Assembly (NCBI GenBank): GCA_951406725.2
Contig: OX597840.1
Location: 620,001-684,000, forward strand
Length of the DNA: 64,000 nt
DNA from: Octopus vulgaris
Taxonomy: Eukaryota
Direction: 5' to 3'
In this document: one piece after another, positions 12,590 through 26,907 of the stretch
How positions within the stretch are numbered: the stretch's first letter is position 1
Layout: every line of letters begins with the position of its first letter
Notes under the pieces: generated by a model
Seen by the model: only the letters and a program-made list of their open reading frames with translations
What the model was told of the DNA's origin: nothing
Databases searched by the model: none
Position numbers and translations under genes: made by a program

Positions 12590-13080
12590 TCAAGAGAGGC
12601 TTATATTTCATAATAACCTGTCTGGATTTATCTAACCGTTGTTCTCTGTTTTAAGGTGAGCAATTTGTAGGATGGAAATATTTTAAAATTCGGTAGTTCC
12701 ATTCCTATATATGTTGTTATATGTCCACTTGATGGAACTTTCATAGCTTTTCGTTATTAATCTTTTGTTTATGTAGCATCATTCTCTTACGTAATGATAA
12801 CCTAGTATGTCTAATATAGTTTTCGATACTTCCACAGCATGTTATTAAATAAATCAAATTTAGGGAGATGCAAGCCAAGTTTCCTTCTATATTAAAGACT
12901 TGTTCGTCGTTAGATTTGAACTCTGAGCCTTCATTTAAATACAGAAGCACACGTTAATCTGTCGCATTTAGTAAAACGTAGCGGCGTCTCCTAACGTCGG
13001 ACGACAAATCTGCTTGTTATAGCTCAAAACAATTTTCGCTTTGGCGAGATCTAACCTCAGCTTTTAGTTATTCTTACGTA
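12590..13080 (-). mobile_element. Penelope-like element GIY-YIG endonuclease remnant
   Basis: ORF 12741-12950(-) NLACISLNLIYLITCCGSIENYIRHTRLSLRKRMMLHKQKI matches C.S.NLIY.I.C..C...YIG.T...LR.RM..HK of PLE GIY-YIG domains. Confidence 0.8.
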
Positions 13081-13176
13081 AACATCCGTCATGGAAGATC
13101 GCTCGATGGAAAGTTAAGAATAATTGAGCAATAAATTGGATCATACACGCAAACGTATTAAGATATGTCTGTCCTG

Positions 13177-13304
<128 letters not shown>

Positions 13305-13353
13305 CCTACCTACCTACCTACCTACCTACCTAACTACCTACCTATCTACCTAC

Positions 13354-13418
<65 letters not shown>

Positions 13419-13491
13419 AGTTTCTGTGTCTATTTATATATGTATGTATCTCTCTCACTTTTGTTCTTTCGCTATTTATCTCTCTCATTTT

Positions 13492-13529
<38 letters not shown>

Positions 13530-13650
13530 TTTCTCTCTTTCTCTCACTCTCTATATATCTGTCCATCTGCTTATCTGCATATTTGTCTCTCCCTTTAACA
13601 GTGTATCTACGTATGCATGTATGTATGTATGCATATATTATGTATGTACG

Positions 13651-13701
<51 letters not shown>

Positions 13702-13856
13702 GCATGCATGTATGTAAGCATGCCTGTATGTATGCATATATTATGTATGCATGTATGTATGTATGTATGTATCTATCTATCAATCTATCGATCTATCTGT
13801 CAATCATTCTGGCTGTCTGTCTGCCTGTATTTATTATTTATTTATTATTTATTTCT

Positions 13857-13892
<36 letters not shown>

Positions 13893-14485
13893 ATATCTAT
13901 CTATCTATCTATCCAACAATGTATTTCTCTATCTCACACAGCCTCTCGTTCTTTCTATTTCTATGTCTTCCTACCCATCACGTACCTACTCTCTCTGTCA
14001 ATCTATCAATCACCTTCAATATTTCCTACCTGTATGCCTCTCCCCCATCTTCATACCACACATCGTTTTACTCCCCTTCCTCTCCTTCCAGCCTCCATCC
14101 TCTTCTCCACTTACTCTACATTTCCTTCTCATACTCCTCCTCATTCTCATCCCCCCTCTCTATTCCTCTCTGCTTCTCATGTTGATTACCCCACCATCGT
14201 AACCACTACCACCATTAGAACACCTATTACGTAAAGTAAACGACGTAGAGCGAAGCTGAAACCAGCTCTTAAAACTATCAATGTTCATTAAACTGATGAC
14301 CTCAATTTGCTGTCAATGTTGAGCATACATAGGCATACACACGCCTACGTACACATGCATATCCATATATATATACGCATATACTCACGCATGCGTGAAT
14401 ATACATATGTAAGTACATATACATATGCGTATACATATACAAATACTCAAATACTTATATATACATTACACACATTCATATATAC

Positions 14486-14516
<31 letters not shown>

Positions 14517-14549
14517 TGTGTGTGTATGTATGTATATATATATATATAT

Positions 14550-14620
<71 letters not shown>

Positions 14621-14622
14621 CA

Positions 14623-14680
<58 letters not shown>

Positions 14681-14689
14681 TATAGATAT

Positions 14690-15092
14690 AGGCGCAGGAG
14701 TGGCTGTGTGGTAAGTAGCTTGTTTACCAGCCACATGGTTACGGGTTCAGTCCCGCACCTTGGGCAAGTGTCTTCTACTATAGCCTCGGGCCGACCAAAG
14801 CCTTGTGAGTGGATTTGGTGAACGGAAACTGAAAAGAAGCTCATCGTATATATGTATGTATATATGTATATGCGTGTATGTTTGTGTGTCTGTGTTTGTC
14901 CCATCCAACATCGCTTGACAATCGATGCTGGTGTGTTTATGTCCCCGTTACTTAGCGGTTCGGCAAAAGAGACCGATATAGTAAGTACTGGGCTTATAAA
15001 AGAATAAGTCTCGGGATCGAGTTGCTCGATTAAAGGTGGTGCTCCAGCATGGCCGCAGTCAAATGACTGAAACAAATAAAAGAGTAAAAGAG
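14690..15092 (+). mobile_element. SINE family 1, full-length copy
   Basis: Colinear with the other copies; head abuts (TA)n. Confidence 0.9.
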
Positions 15093-15696
15093 AGAGTATA
15101 CTGATGACACATGCGTATATACATATATATGTACATGAATAATTATACAAATACAAATACTTCTAATATATAAACAAACACCTATACTCACTCATAGAAG
15201 TATATAGATATAGAATACATACACATCTGTTTTATAACGATTCACCTTGTCTAAAACTGCGTCAGCAATTACATCGAAGAACGTACCATACTTCATGTCA
15301 CAATGACGTTATAAGTTATATAATCACACAATCCGCATGCAAAAAGGACAAGGTGGTCACGGTTGGAAATTCTCAAAACAAGTTTGGCCTTGGGGTAAAT
15401 TTACACCAACAGTATCGTCAACAGCCTTATCAGACCTCAAAACGCAATCACATCTTTAAGTAAGATACTGTCATATACTCCAACACCAAATAAGGATCAT
15501 AGGTTTGCTAAATCAACTTTAGCCTTGGGCTAAATCCACAACACCAATTCCTTCAATTGTCTTATCATTGACATGGTCAGATTGACATGCTTAACAGCTT
15601 AACAGGTGTAGCCTGGACCGAAGGCAGGAGATGACCTTCGCAGGTGACTACGAAGGTCATATCGGAGGTCAACATGGACATGGTGGTGGGCTCCTT

Positions 15697-16060
15697 TAAG
15701 TTAAGTTAAGTTAATTTTTCGGCTCAAAAAGCAAAAAGCAAGGCCATGTAGGGGGACATGGAGTCATGTACAGGGAGCGTGTTCATGCAAAGACTTCAGG
15801 CTATTTCTGGTCAAGAGAGACTTTGAACCGAGCGGTCGTCGGCATCCTCACCATCTCGTCTGGCAGCTTATTCCGCGGATCTGCAACCCGGACGAAGAAA
15901 ACCCCTCTTCTTCGACTGAGATGAAATCGTCGCAGATAAAGCTTTTCGGAATGACCTCGCAGCCGACGCTCTGCAGTAGGAGTGAAGTACAGCTCTTTAG
16001 AGAGGTTACACTTTCGGCTTATGATGTTGTGAGAATCGAATTTTGGGACCCCTACCGGGA
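15697..16060 (-). mobile_element. CR1-group LINE 3' end with tandem tail
   Basis: ORF 15801-16073(-) RRLRGHSEKLYLRRFHLSRRRGVFFVRVADPRNKLPDEMV...TARFKVSLD matches the CR1 C-terminal RGH..KL.........R..FF..RV...WN.LP..VV......FK..LD. It is followed by a short 3' UTR and an (AACTT)n tail. Confidence 0.88.
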
Positions 16061-16367
16061 TCCGGAGCGGCAACTATGGGCAGCTCACAGCCTGGTCGGG
16101 GTCGAAGAAGAATAGGCTTAGCGCCGAAATATGTAAATTTTATATTTGTACATTAATATTGTTATCATTTTTGTAAGAGTTTCATTGCCTCACGTAATGA
16201 TTTGTTAAAGAACAATGTTATTGAGAAGCAGAGGGTCGGCGGGCGCTTTCTGTCTTCTCGCATCCTTATCATACTTGTATCATTATAATTCATCTCATTA
16301 ATGTCTTGTCCAGCCTACAAAGCTACCTAATCTATGTACTGTTTTTATGACAAATTTAATGAAATAA

Positions 16368-16726
16368 AGTAGCTTGCTTACCAACCACGTGGTTCCAGGT
16401 TCAGTCCCACTGCGTGGCACCTTGGGCAAGTATCTTCTACTATAGCCTCGGGCCGACCAAAGACTTGTGAGTGGATTTGGTAGGTGGAAACTAAAAGAAA
16501 CCCTTCGTGTATAATGTGATCGCGTGTGCACCGTTGGCGATTTTTTATCCTCCGTCTTCCCTTCTCTGGATCTTTCCTATTCCTATGTTTCTGACGAAGA
16601 TCTCCGCTCGAAACGTAAAGCCCTCCTTCTTCCCTTAATTCCTGAGCATCCAATAATACTATATTTGTTCCACGTCCTCGCGTTGTTGTGTTTTCTCTTT
16701 GTGTTTTCATGTTTGGATTAACTGTG

Positions 16727-16759
<33 letters not shown>

Positions 16760-16978
16760 TTGTATGTTTTTGTTTGTCCCCCCCAACATCGCTTGACAAC
16801 CGATGGTGGTGTGTTTACGTCCCCGTAACATAGCAGTTCGGCTAAAGAGACCGATAGAATAAGTACTGGGCTTACAAAAGAATAAGTCCTGGGGTCAATT
16901 TGCTCGACTAAAGGCGATGCTCCAGCATGGGCGCAGTCAAATTACTGAAACAAGTAGAAGAGTAAAAGAGTAAAAGAG
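16368..16978 (+). mobile_element. SINE family 1 (5'-clipped) with a ~205-bp insertion in its central TA tract
   Basis: Head at 16368-16510, foreign segment at ~16518-16722, SINE 3' half at ~16745-16978. Confidence 0.88.
16518..16722 (+). mobile_element. ~205-bp TA-tract-resident element carrying a hammerhead-like motif at 16587-16621
   Basis: GTTT CTGACGA A GATC TCC GCTC GAAAC GTA AAGC. A second copy lies in reverse orientation at ~32895-33098. Confidence 0.75.
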
Positions 16979-17664
16979 CTACCTCACATCTGCCAATATC
17001 AAGACGGAGTCGTCACGGCCGGAATCATGGCCTTGCTCTATCAAATTAAGCCTTGGGCTAAAATCACTTCACCAATTCCACCAACGGGTTTTATCACACG
17101 TTACATCACCACAGCATCTTCGAAAAGCATTCAACAAGTCACCAACAGCATCGAGAAATCTGCTTTATTGAAAGAGAAACTAAAACCAGTTACCAAAAAT
17201 CTGTGCAAAGAATTGCAAAATAGACAATACCTGAGAGTTACCTTGCAGCCAGAACCCACCCTTGATCTTTTCCGTCCATCATAAAGCAGAAAAATCGATA
17301 GGAAAATCGTAAGACTAAAAAAATTCCTCAGGCCACGGCAAAATAGCAACCACAAACGCCTGAAGCAATGAGGGCGTGAAAACCGAACTAAAACAAAAAA
17401 AATAAATAATAATTAAAATAAAATGGAAAAAATAAAAAGAAGAGAAAAAAAACAGAAGCATTATTTCTTTACTAACTGATAATGTAGTCAACGAAACACT
17501 GCCATTCTGACAAATGACAAATTCAAATATGAAAAGAAAAATGTAAAAAAACGTAAATAAAAATAAAATCAGACTAGCCCCAGCTCTAGAATGTTCCTAT
17601 CTATCCCTGGCGTTTTGTATAATATGCGTATCTCTATAGATGTTTCTCTCACTATATCAATACC

Positions 17665-17759
<95 letters not shown>

Positions 17760-17763
17760 ATGT

Positions 17764-17797
<34 letters not shown>

Positions 17798-18070
17798 ATA
17801 TATATATATATGTATATATATGTGTGTGTGTATCTATGCATGTATGTATAGATATTGAATGATTGTATCTATATTTAATATCGATTTTTAAAAGGACTTC
17901 AACTTTCACCTAAAGGCTTTTAGCTTCGATACTGAACAGTAAATATTGTTATCATTTATACAGTTCTTTACTATCGCCACATAATTTCACACACACACAC
18001 GCACATACGTACACACACATTCATAAATACAGATAACTGTGTATGTGCATATACATATATATATATATAT

Positions 18071-18367
18071 AGAATCAAAATAAGCAACAAGGATATCGAA
18101 GGTAGTGTAGTACAATTGTTTCATGTTACTTTATTTTATTAAACACTGTAAGTATTACATCAATTTTAAAATGTCGAGCAATCTTCGGCCACATATAGAA
18201 TTTTCCAATTAAACGACATAGCACATTCTTATCCCTATTTCATTTGCCAACATTATAAAGAAGGTAGATATATAGACAGAATGAAATCAACCTCTCTGTC
18301 TATATATCTAGCATGAAACAATTGTACTACTCAACCTTGGATATACTTGTTGCTTATTTTGATTATA
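18071..18367. mobile_element. Foldback element with ~55-bp inverted repeats, within TA tracts
   Basis: AATCAAAATAAGCAACAAGGATATCGAAGGT...GTAGTACAATTGTTTCATG pairs with CATGAAACAATTGTACTAC...ACCTTGGATATACTTGTTGCTTATTTTGATT. Confidence 0.75.
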
Positions 18368-18459
18368 ATCACCTTATTTTAAATTATATGGATAAAACCA
18401 TACAAAATTATGGTGCCTTTAACTTAAGTACCATATTCATCTGAATCTAAATTTTGCTG

Positions 18460-18512
<53 letters not shown>

Positions 18513-18857
18513 AGTACGTATATATGTATATCTATCGCTGTATCTTTTTATCTATTAATCAACAAATGTGCATATGTTTGTATGTATGTGTACACGTGTA
18601 TGCATTCTTATATCATCATGTGTGTGTTTGTGTGTGTGTATGTTGTGAGTGTTGTGTATGTGTGCGCATAAGCATGTATAATGTGAATATTAGATGTAGC
18701 TGTTATAAACTGAGATTTTAGTCTGTCTTTATTCGAGTTTTGTGTAACCAGATTTTCGTACGACTGAAAAGTTATAACATTCATACTTATGTGGCTATTA
18801 TACAATTGATAAAATCATGATTTACTAGTATTGAAGAAAGGAAAATTTGAAAGATAT

Positions 18858-19090
18858 ACTCTTTTACTCTATTATTCTTTTATTTGTTTCAGTATTTTGA
18901 CAGTGGCCATGCTGGAGCACCACCTTTAGTCGAGCAAATCGACCCCAGGACTTATTCTTTGTAAGCCCAGTGCTTATTCTATCGGCCTCTTTTGCCGAAC
19001 CGCTAAGTTACGAGGACGTAAACACACCAGCATCGGTTGTCAAACAATCTTGCGGGACAAACAGATACACACAAACATATACACACACAA
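18858..19090 (-). mobile_element. SINE family 1, 3' half
   Basis: Reverse complement of the tail (TACTCTTTTACTC...GGCCATGCTGGAGCACC...CTCTTTTGCCGAACCGCTAAGT). Confidence 0.88.
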
Positions 19091-19271
19091 ACATGTTTTT
19101 TTTTATGTGTGCTTCGTATTATCAACAATACCTGAACCAGAACCGTCATCAGTTTAAGAATTGGCTTTCATATACCCATCGTATTGGAAATAATCTCCAC
19201 ACCAAAGTCTTATTGTGTTTGACATGACAGATTAGTAAATAGGGCCAACGACTCCCTGTTAATCCTTTTGC

Positions 19272-19802
<531 letters not shown>

Positions 19803-20281
19803 AGACAGAGAGAGTATACTATAACTCCTAGTACAATAACATCATACTCCACTGACTTTCAGTGCGACGATTATTTACGCCATTTAATTTAAATCTAGCC
19901 TCGTCATGTCAAACAATATTTTGAAAGCCAATTTTAAAATGTCGTCTGTAGATTCTGTTAAACTTTTAAAAAGCAGAAATGTATTTTGATAAACACTGAT
20001 TTATAATCATTCACTATGTGTGTACACATTTTTTTTGGAGTACACCCTGTGTAAAGTTCCACGTATATTTGGATCCATACTCTAATATTGACGGATGGCA
20101 GCATGCCTGCCACACAAGACCGAAATTCTCTAATCTTGCATCCCTCTCCCTGTTCGAGTATACAGGAAGACGGTAATTTTATTATAGCCCTTTATTCCAT
20201 AACAACAATAGTAATGATGATGATGGTGATGATGATGATGAGAATGATTATCATCATTATCATCATCATCATCATCTTCAC

Positions 20282-20335
<54 letters not shown>

Positions 20336-22639
20336 AATCATCATCATCATCATCACATCCACCACTGTTATTATCACCTTCCTACCACCATCACCATCAT
20401 CAGCAACAATAACAACAAGAGTCACAGCCGTAAAACCGCCAACATCGGGGACGATGCCATCAACAACACCGGTACCAGAAAACCATCTCTGTCGCCATCA
20501 TTATCATCATTATCGCCACCACCACCACCACCACCACCACCACCACCACCATCGTCATCGCCGTCGTTATCGTCATCATCGTCACCAACATCGCTATTTT
20601 CATCAACATGATCGCCATCGTCCTCCCCGTCCTCCTCCTCCTCCTCCTCCTCCTCCCCCGTTCCTCCCCTTCCTCCTCCCCATCACCATCATCATTACCA
20701 TCATCATCCAGATGTTCATTATCATCACCTCCACCAACACCACCACCACCATCACCACCACCACCGTTATCATCATCACCATCATCTTCATCATCACCAT
20801 GATCATGATCATGATCATCATGAGCATCATCATCATCATCATCATCGTCATGATAATTATAACTCCAACCACCCCCACCACCACCACTACTATCATCATC
20901 ATCATCATCATCATCAAATCCCCCCTCTTCATTTCCAGTTTATGGAATCTCGCGTGTTACTGATAATTTGTCACATTAATGAAGCTATTAAGTGTGAATA
21001 TTGTTCTCGTTGTTGTTGTTATTGCCGCCGCCGTCATCGTCGTCGTCATCATCATCGTTTGCAGTAGTAGTGGTGTTGGCGTCGTCGTCGTCGTTTTAGG
21101 CTCTGGGTGGAGTTGGTCGGGGGAAAATTCGACTGCCGAGATGGTATTGTCGTTCGCTGCAGATGTCGGCGGCGGCGGCGGCGGCGCAGCAGCAATAGCA
21201 GCGGCGGGGGTGGCGGCGACGTGGGGGCGGTGGTGGCGACGGCGGCGGCCAAGGTGATGGCGGTGAGAAATTAACGAGGTTGATATAACACTAGCAACGC
21301 CGTGTATCGGTGGCAGAATCTTGAAGGTCATTGCGCCCTTGATGGCCTTTCCGTTGTTGTTGTTGTTGTTCCTGTTGCCATCGTTGTTGTTGTTGTTGTT
21401 GTTGTGATAGTGGTGGTGTTGGTGTCGACGGTGCGGTGTTGGAGCTCATTATGTCTCTAGTGTCCTTCTCACATGTTCTTCAAGACTTCCTTGCTCTTAC
21501 GGTTTTGGTAACGATTGTCAAGATGGCCAATATCCGAGTTGAAAATGGTTCTGGCGATGTTGATGTTTAATGGTGGTAGAGAGTATATTGTAGGAGTGGT
21601 AGAGGTTGCTGTTGTGGTGGTGGTGGTTGTGTCCGTGGTAGTAGTGGTTGGGGTTGCAGTGTCGGTTGGTGTTGTGGTTGTTGTAGTGTCGGTGGTAGTT
21701 GTGATTGTAGTGTTGGTAGTGGTTGTTATATCAGCGGTGTTTGTGGAGGTTATGTTTGTAGTGGTAGTTGTAGTGGTGTGGTGGTTGTGGTGCTGGTGGT
21801 GGTACTTGTGGTGGTTATGGTTCTAGTGGTGGCGATGGTCCTAGTGTTGGTGGTGGTTGTGGTTGTTGTATCGGCGGTGTTTTTGGTGTCGGTGGAGGTT
21901 ATGGTTGTAGTGGTGGTTGCAGTGGTGTAGTGGTTGTTGTTGTGGTGGTTATGGTTGTAGTAATAGTGGTGGTAGTAGTGTTGGTGATGGTGGTGGTTAT
22001 GGTTGTAGTGGTGGTGGTCGTCGTAGTGTCGTTGGTGGTTATGATTGTAGTGGTGGTAGTGGTTGCAGTATCGGCGGTGTTTGTGGTGTCGGTGGAGGTT
22101 TTGGTTGTAATGGTGGTGGTTATGGTTTTAGTGGTAGTGGTGGTCGTAGTGTTGATGATGGTGTTTGTGGTGGTGGTCATCGTAGTGTCGGTGTTAGTTG
22201 TGATTGTAGTGATGGTAGTGGCTGCAGTATCAGTGGGGTTTGTGGTGTCGGTGGAGGTTATGGTTGTTGTGGTTGTATTGGTGTGGTGGTTGTGGTGTTG
22301 GTGGTGGTGCTTGTGGTGGTTATGGTTCTAGTGGTGGTGGTTGTCATAGTGTTGGTGGTGGTTGTGGTTGTAGTATTGGCGGTGTTTTTGGTGTCGGTGA
22401 AGGTTATGGTAGTGGTGTGGTGGTTGTTGCGGTGGTTATGGTTGCAGTGGTGGTGGTGGTTGTAGTATTGGTGGTGGTATTTGTGGTGGTTATGGTTGCA
22501 GTGGTGGTGGTGGTCGTAGTGTTGGTAGTGGTTGTGGTTGTGGTGGTGGTGGTGGTGGTCATGGTTATAGTGGTGGTCGTTGTTGTTGTGTTGATGGCGG
22601 TTGTAGTGTTGGTGGTGGTTGTGGTGTTGGCGGACTCTC

Positions 22640-22755
22640 GTGGACCTTCAGGTGTTTTCGCTCAATAAACACTCAGAATGTCCGGTCTGGGAATCGAAGC
22701 CGCGATCCTAAGACCGCGAGTCTGTTGCCCTAACCACTGGACCATTGCGCCACCA
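22640..22755 (-). mobile_element. tRNA-derived SINE family 2, head only
   Basis: Reverse complement GGCGCAATGGTCCAGTGGTTAGGGCAACAGACTCGCGGTC...GCTTCGATTCCCAGACCGG, matching the 38164 copy. Confidence 0.85.
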
Positions 22756-23121
22756 CAATATTGTAGTAGAAGTGTTAGTAGTAGCAGTAGTAATAGTAGT
22801 AGTAGTAGTAGCAGCATCAGTAGTAGTAGTAGTATTAGAAGTAGTAGTAGTAGTAGTAGTATGAGTAGCAGTACGGTTGGTAGTGGTGGTAGTGATATTA
22901 ATAGTAATAGTATTAGCACCAGCAGCAAGTAATAGTATTAATATTAGTAGTAGTATTGGTTGCGGTAGTGGTAGAAGTGGTAGTAGTAGTAACTGTAGTA
23001 GTAGTTGTAGTAGTAGTAGTAGTAGTAGTAGTAGTTGTAGTAGTAGTAGTAGTAGTAGTGGTAGTAGCAGTGGTAGTAGTAGTAGTATTAGTAGTGGCAG
23101 TGGTAGCAGTAGTAGTAGTAT

Positions 23122-23155
<34 letters not shown>

Positions 23156-23724
23156 GGCAGTGGGAGTAGTAGTAGTAGTACTGGTAGTAGTAGTAGTAGT
23201 AGTAGTGGCAGTGGTAGCAGTAGTAGTACTACTAGTAGTAGTATTAGTAGTAGTGGCAGTGGTAGTAGTAGTAGTAGTAGTGGCAGTGGTAGTAGTATTT
23301 GCAGCTAGTGCTGATCTATAGTGCTGGAGTGTCTATTATGATGACAGTAGATTCTTGGCATCTCGCTTCTAATTGAACCGGTCCCCACCCGCATTCCACC
23401 CGACCATCCTACCTGCCAACCATCAATCAATACCTCCATCCAGTCACCCATCCAACCACCCATCCACCCATCCACCCAACCACCCAACCGTTCAACCAAC
23501 CCACCAGCCACCCATCCAACTGACGAAACGACCGACCCGCTATCCGTCCGTTTATCTATACATCCGTCTAGCTATCTGTCCATCTATCCCAGCATCAATC
23601 AATCTATCGCTCCATCTATCCGTCCATGTATCCGCTTCTCCGTTTTGCTGTGCAACAATCCATTCTTTCATCTGTCCTCTCATGTTTGGTTACGTCATAC
23701 AACCATCCATACCAGCATCCGTCC

Positions 23725-23803
<79 letters not shown>

Positions 23804-23942
23804 GATCTATCTATCTATCTATCTATCCATCCATCCATCCATCCATCTATCCATCTCTCTCTCTCTCATCTCTCTCTCTCTTATATCTCTCTCTCTTATA
23901 TCTCTCTCTCTTATCTCTCTCTCTCTTATCTCTCTCTCTTAT

Positions 23943-23990
<48 letters not shown>

Positions 23991-24046
23991 CCCTCTATCT
24001 ATTTATCTGTCTATCTATCTACCTCTCTCTCTCTATTTATTCTTAG

Positions 24047-24114
<68 letters not shown>

Positions 24115-25577
24115 TTATCTATATATCTATCTGTCTGTCTATCTTTCTGTCTATAAATCTATCTTTCTATCCGCCTGACCATCAATCCTCCCTACCAATA
24201 CACCCACTTATGTATCCTTCCACCCACCTACCCATTCACACAACCAAGCATCTATCCACCATCCAACACTCCATCCAAACTCCCACACGACCATCCCAAT
24301 ACAAACCCTGTCACTCTATTGATCGTTCGTTTAAAATTTCCTCTTCACAAACTTGCCAACCTAATCACAATCCCAATTTCTAACTATAGGTTACACAAAC
24401 AATACGTCACATCGTTAAGATCAGAATTCAGCCTTACACAGGATGGGCAAAAGCGGAAGTAGTAACGTAAGACATCTTTATTGTCGAGAACAAAACGCTG
24501 AATGACCTGTGTTTTGCCGTATTGCGTATTCCCGGACTTTCGTTTAGATGCTGGTATTTCTTTAAAAATATACGTCGAATATGCACAGATAGCTGTGTGG
24601 TAAAATGTCCGATTCGTAAATTACGAGGTTCTGCGTTCAGTACCACTGCGCAGCACTTTGATTAAGTGGCTTCTGCTTTAGCTTCAGAGCCGACCAATGA
24701 TTTCTAAGGGAATTTGTATATATGTGTGTATGTGTGTGTGTTTATCTATTTGTCTATAGATGAAGTACAGTAAATATTCTGCTCAGTACCACTTCTATTT
24801 GCGTGATGCTAACCAGTTGAAAATGTCCCTAAGATGCTGACGGTATGGGCATCTCTGATCGCGAGCAAAAATAATGGTGGAGCACCGTGGCTATGATTTC
24901 ATAGGAATTCTTGGTTACTTGAATAATTCATCCCTGGAAACATGGCTGTTTCGTTCATCATCATCATCGACCCCACTACTTCATTAGTACTGAACTCATC
25001 AACCTCGAAGTGTGAAACGGAAAGTGGACCTCGGCATAAAGTGAGCTTAGACCATAAAAACAGACGAAATACCGCTTAGCATTTTGTCCAATGTCCTAAA
25101 GATGCTGCCAACTCGTCGCCTTATTCATCAATAAAAACAACAACAACAACAGCAACAACAAAGACAAAAGAACATCAACAACAACAACAAAAATCAGGCA
25201 GTGGCTCTCATGACTAGAAATGTTATCATGTACGTTGTTTTGTCTTGGTATAAAAGATGGGCTAAAACAAACATTCTGCTCAATGCACACATATTTTCTT
25301 GTCAGTTCTTTGACCTTAACCAGTTGAGCATGCCCCTTAGTGGCTGACAATATGTGCATCTCTGACCACGACCAGAAGTAGTGGGGGAGAATCATAGCAT
25401 GATTTGAGAGGAATTCTTTGGGGTTTGGAAAATTTGCTTCTGGAAATATGGGTGTTTCGTACAGTATCTTTAAGCAACACTTATTCAGGGACCTTTTGAG
25501 CAAGGTCATGCGTTCGTCATCTTGGTATCAGATCACCATACAGCGCACATATGGGTGTGATGCACGTAATAACAAAC

Positions 25578-25726
<149 letters not shown>

Positions 25727-25769
25727 CATAATGATAATAATAATAATAATAATAATGATAATAATGCTT

Positions 25770-25980
25770 TCTACTATAGACACAAGGCCTGGACTTTTGT
25801 GGAGAGGGAGACAATCGATCACGTCGACCCCAGTACTTGACTGGTACTTGATTTACCAAATCTGAAAGAATGAAAGGTAAAGTTGACCTCGACGGAATTT
25901 GAACTCAGAAAGTAGCGACAGACGAAATATCACTATGCATGTTTCCCGCCTTGCTAATGATTCTGTCAGCTCGCCTCCTT
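25770..25980 (-). mobile_element. SINE family 3 (Nin/Deu-domain-like), diverged; another diverged copy at ~24965-25120
   Basis: Reverse complement GGCGAGCTGACAGAATC...CTGAGTTCAAATTCCGTCGAGGTCAACTTTACCTTTCATTCTTTC...AAGTACCAGT. Confidence 0.75.
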
Positions 25981-26056
25981 GATAATAATAATAATAATAA
26001 TGATAATAAATATAATAACAATCATAATAATTATAAGGAGTAGTGTTATTATGATA

Positions 26057-26091
<35 letters not shown>

Positions 26092-26815
26092 TGTATGTAT
26101 GTATGTATATATATGTATATATACGTACATATATATGTATATGTGTTAATATATATATATGAACATAAATAAGCATACATATACGTATATATATATATGT
26201 GTGTGTGTATATGTATGAATGTATGTATATATGTATGTATGCATTTCTCTCTCTCTCTCCATTTATCTATATATGTGTGTATGCGCACTCGTATGTGTTT
26301 GTGTGTGTGTGTTAACCTAACTCTCATCGTAAAATTAAAAAAAAAAACGCAAAATTAACAAAATCTCGACATGTCCCACAGCAAGAGAATTTTACACGAA
26401 AATTACCGAGGCATTTCCACAATCACACAAAAAACAAAATAGGAAAAAATAAAAGAAGATGCAATACAAAATATATGAAACATACATATGAGAGAAATGA
26501 ATAAAAGAAAAACGCAAGAGAAAAATAAAACGAAAATGAGCAGCTGTAGGAGGTGTAGTAGGTGTGGAGTGAAACGTGTTGAGTTTGATGGATGGAATTT
26601 AGTGGATTTACGATGATTTCAATGAAATGACGCTTGATTTTGCTATCGAAAGTACATTCTGGCTTCTCTTTGAAAATTCCTTCTTTTATATTATAGGTCA
26701 GGAAGCCTGTATTCATGTGCATATACATATATAATGTGAATATATATATATATATAAAATATAATATATATGCATATATATATAAATAAATGACTACATA
26801 TATATATAAATGACT

Positions 26816-26907
<92 letters not shown>

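Noticed and set aside
26612-26706. Candidate minus-strand exon GFLTYNIKEGIFKEKPECTFDSKIKRHFIEII (AG...GT bounded)
   Set aside because: Poor polypyrimidine tract, unrecognised peptide and no phase-compatible partner exon found.
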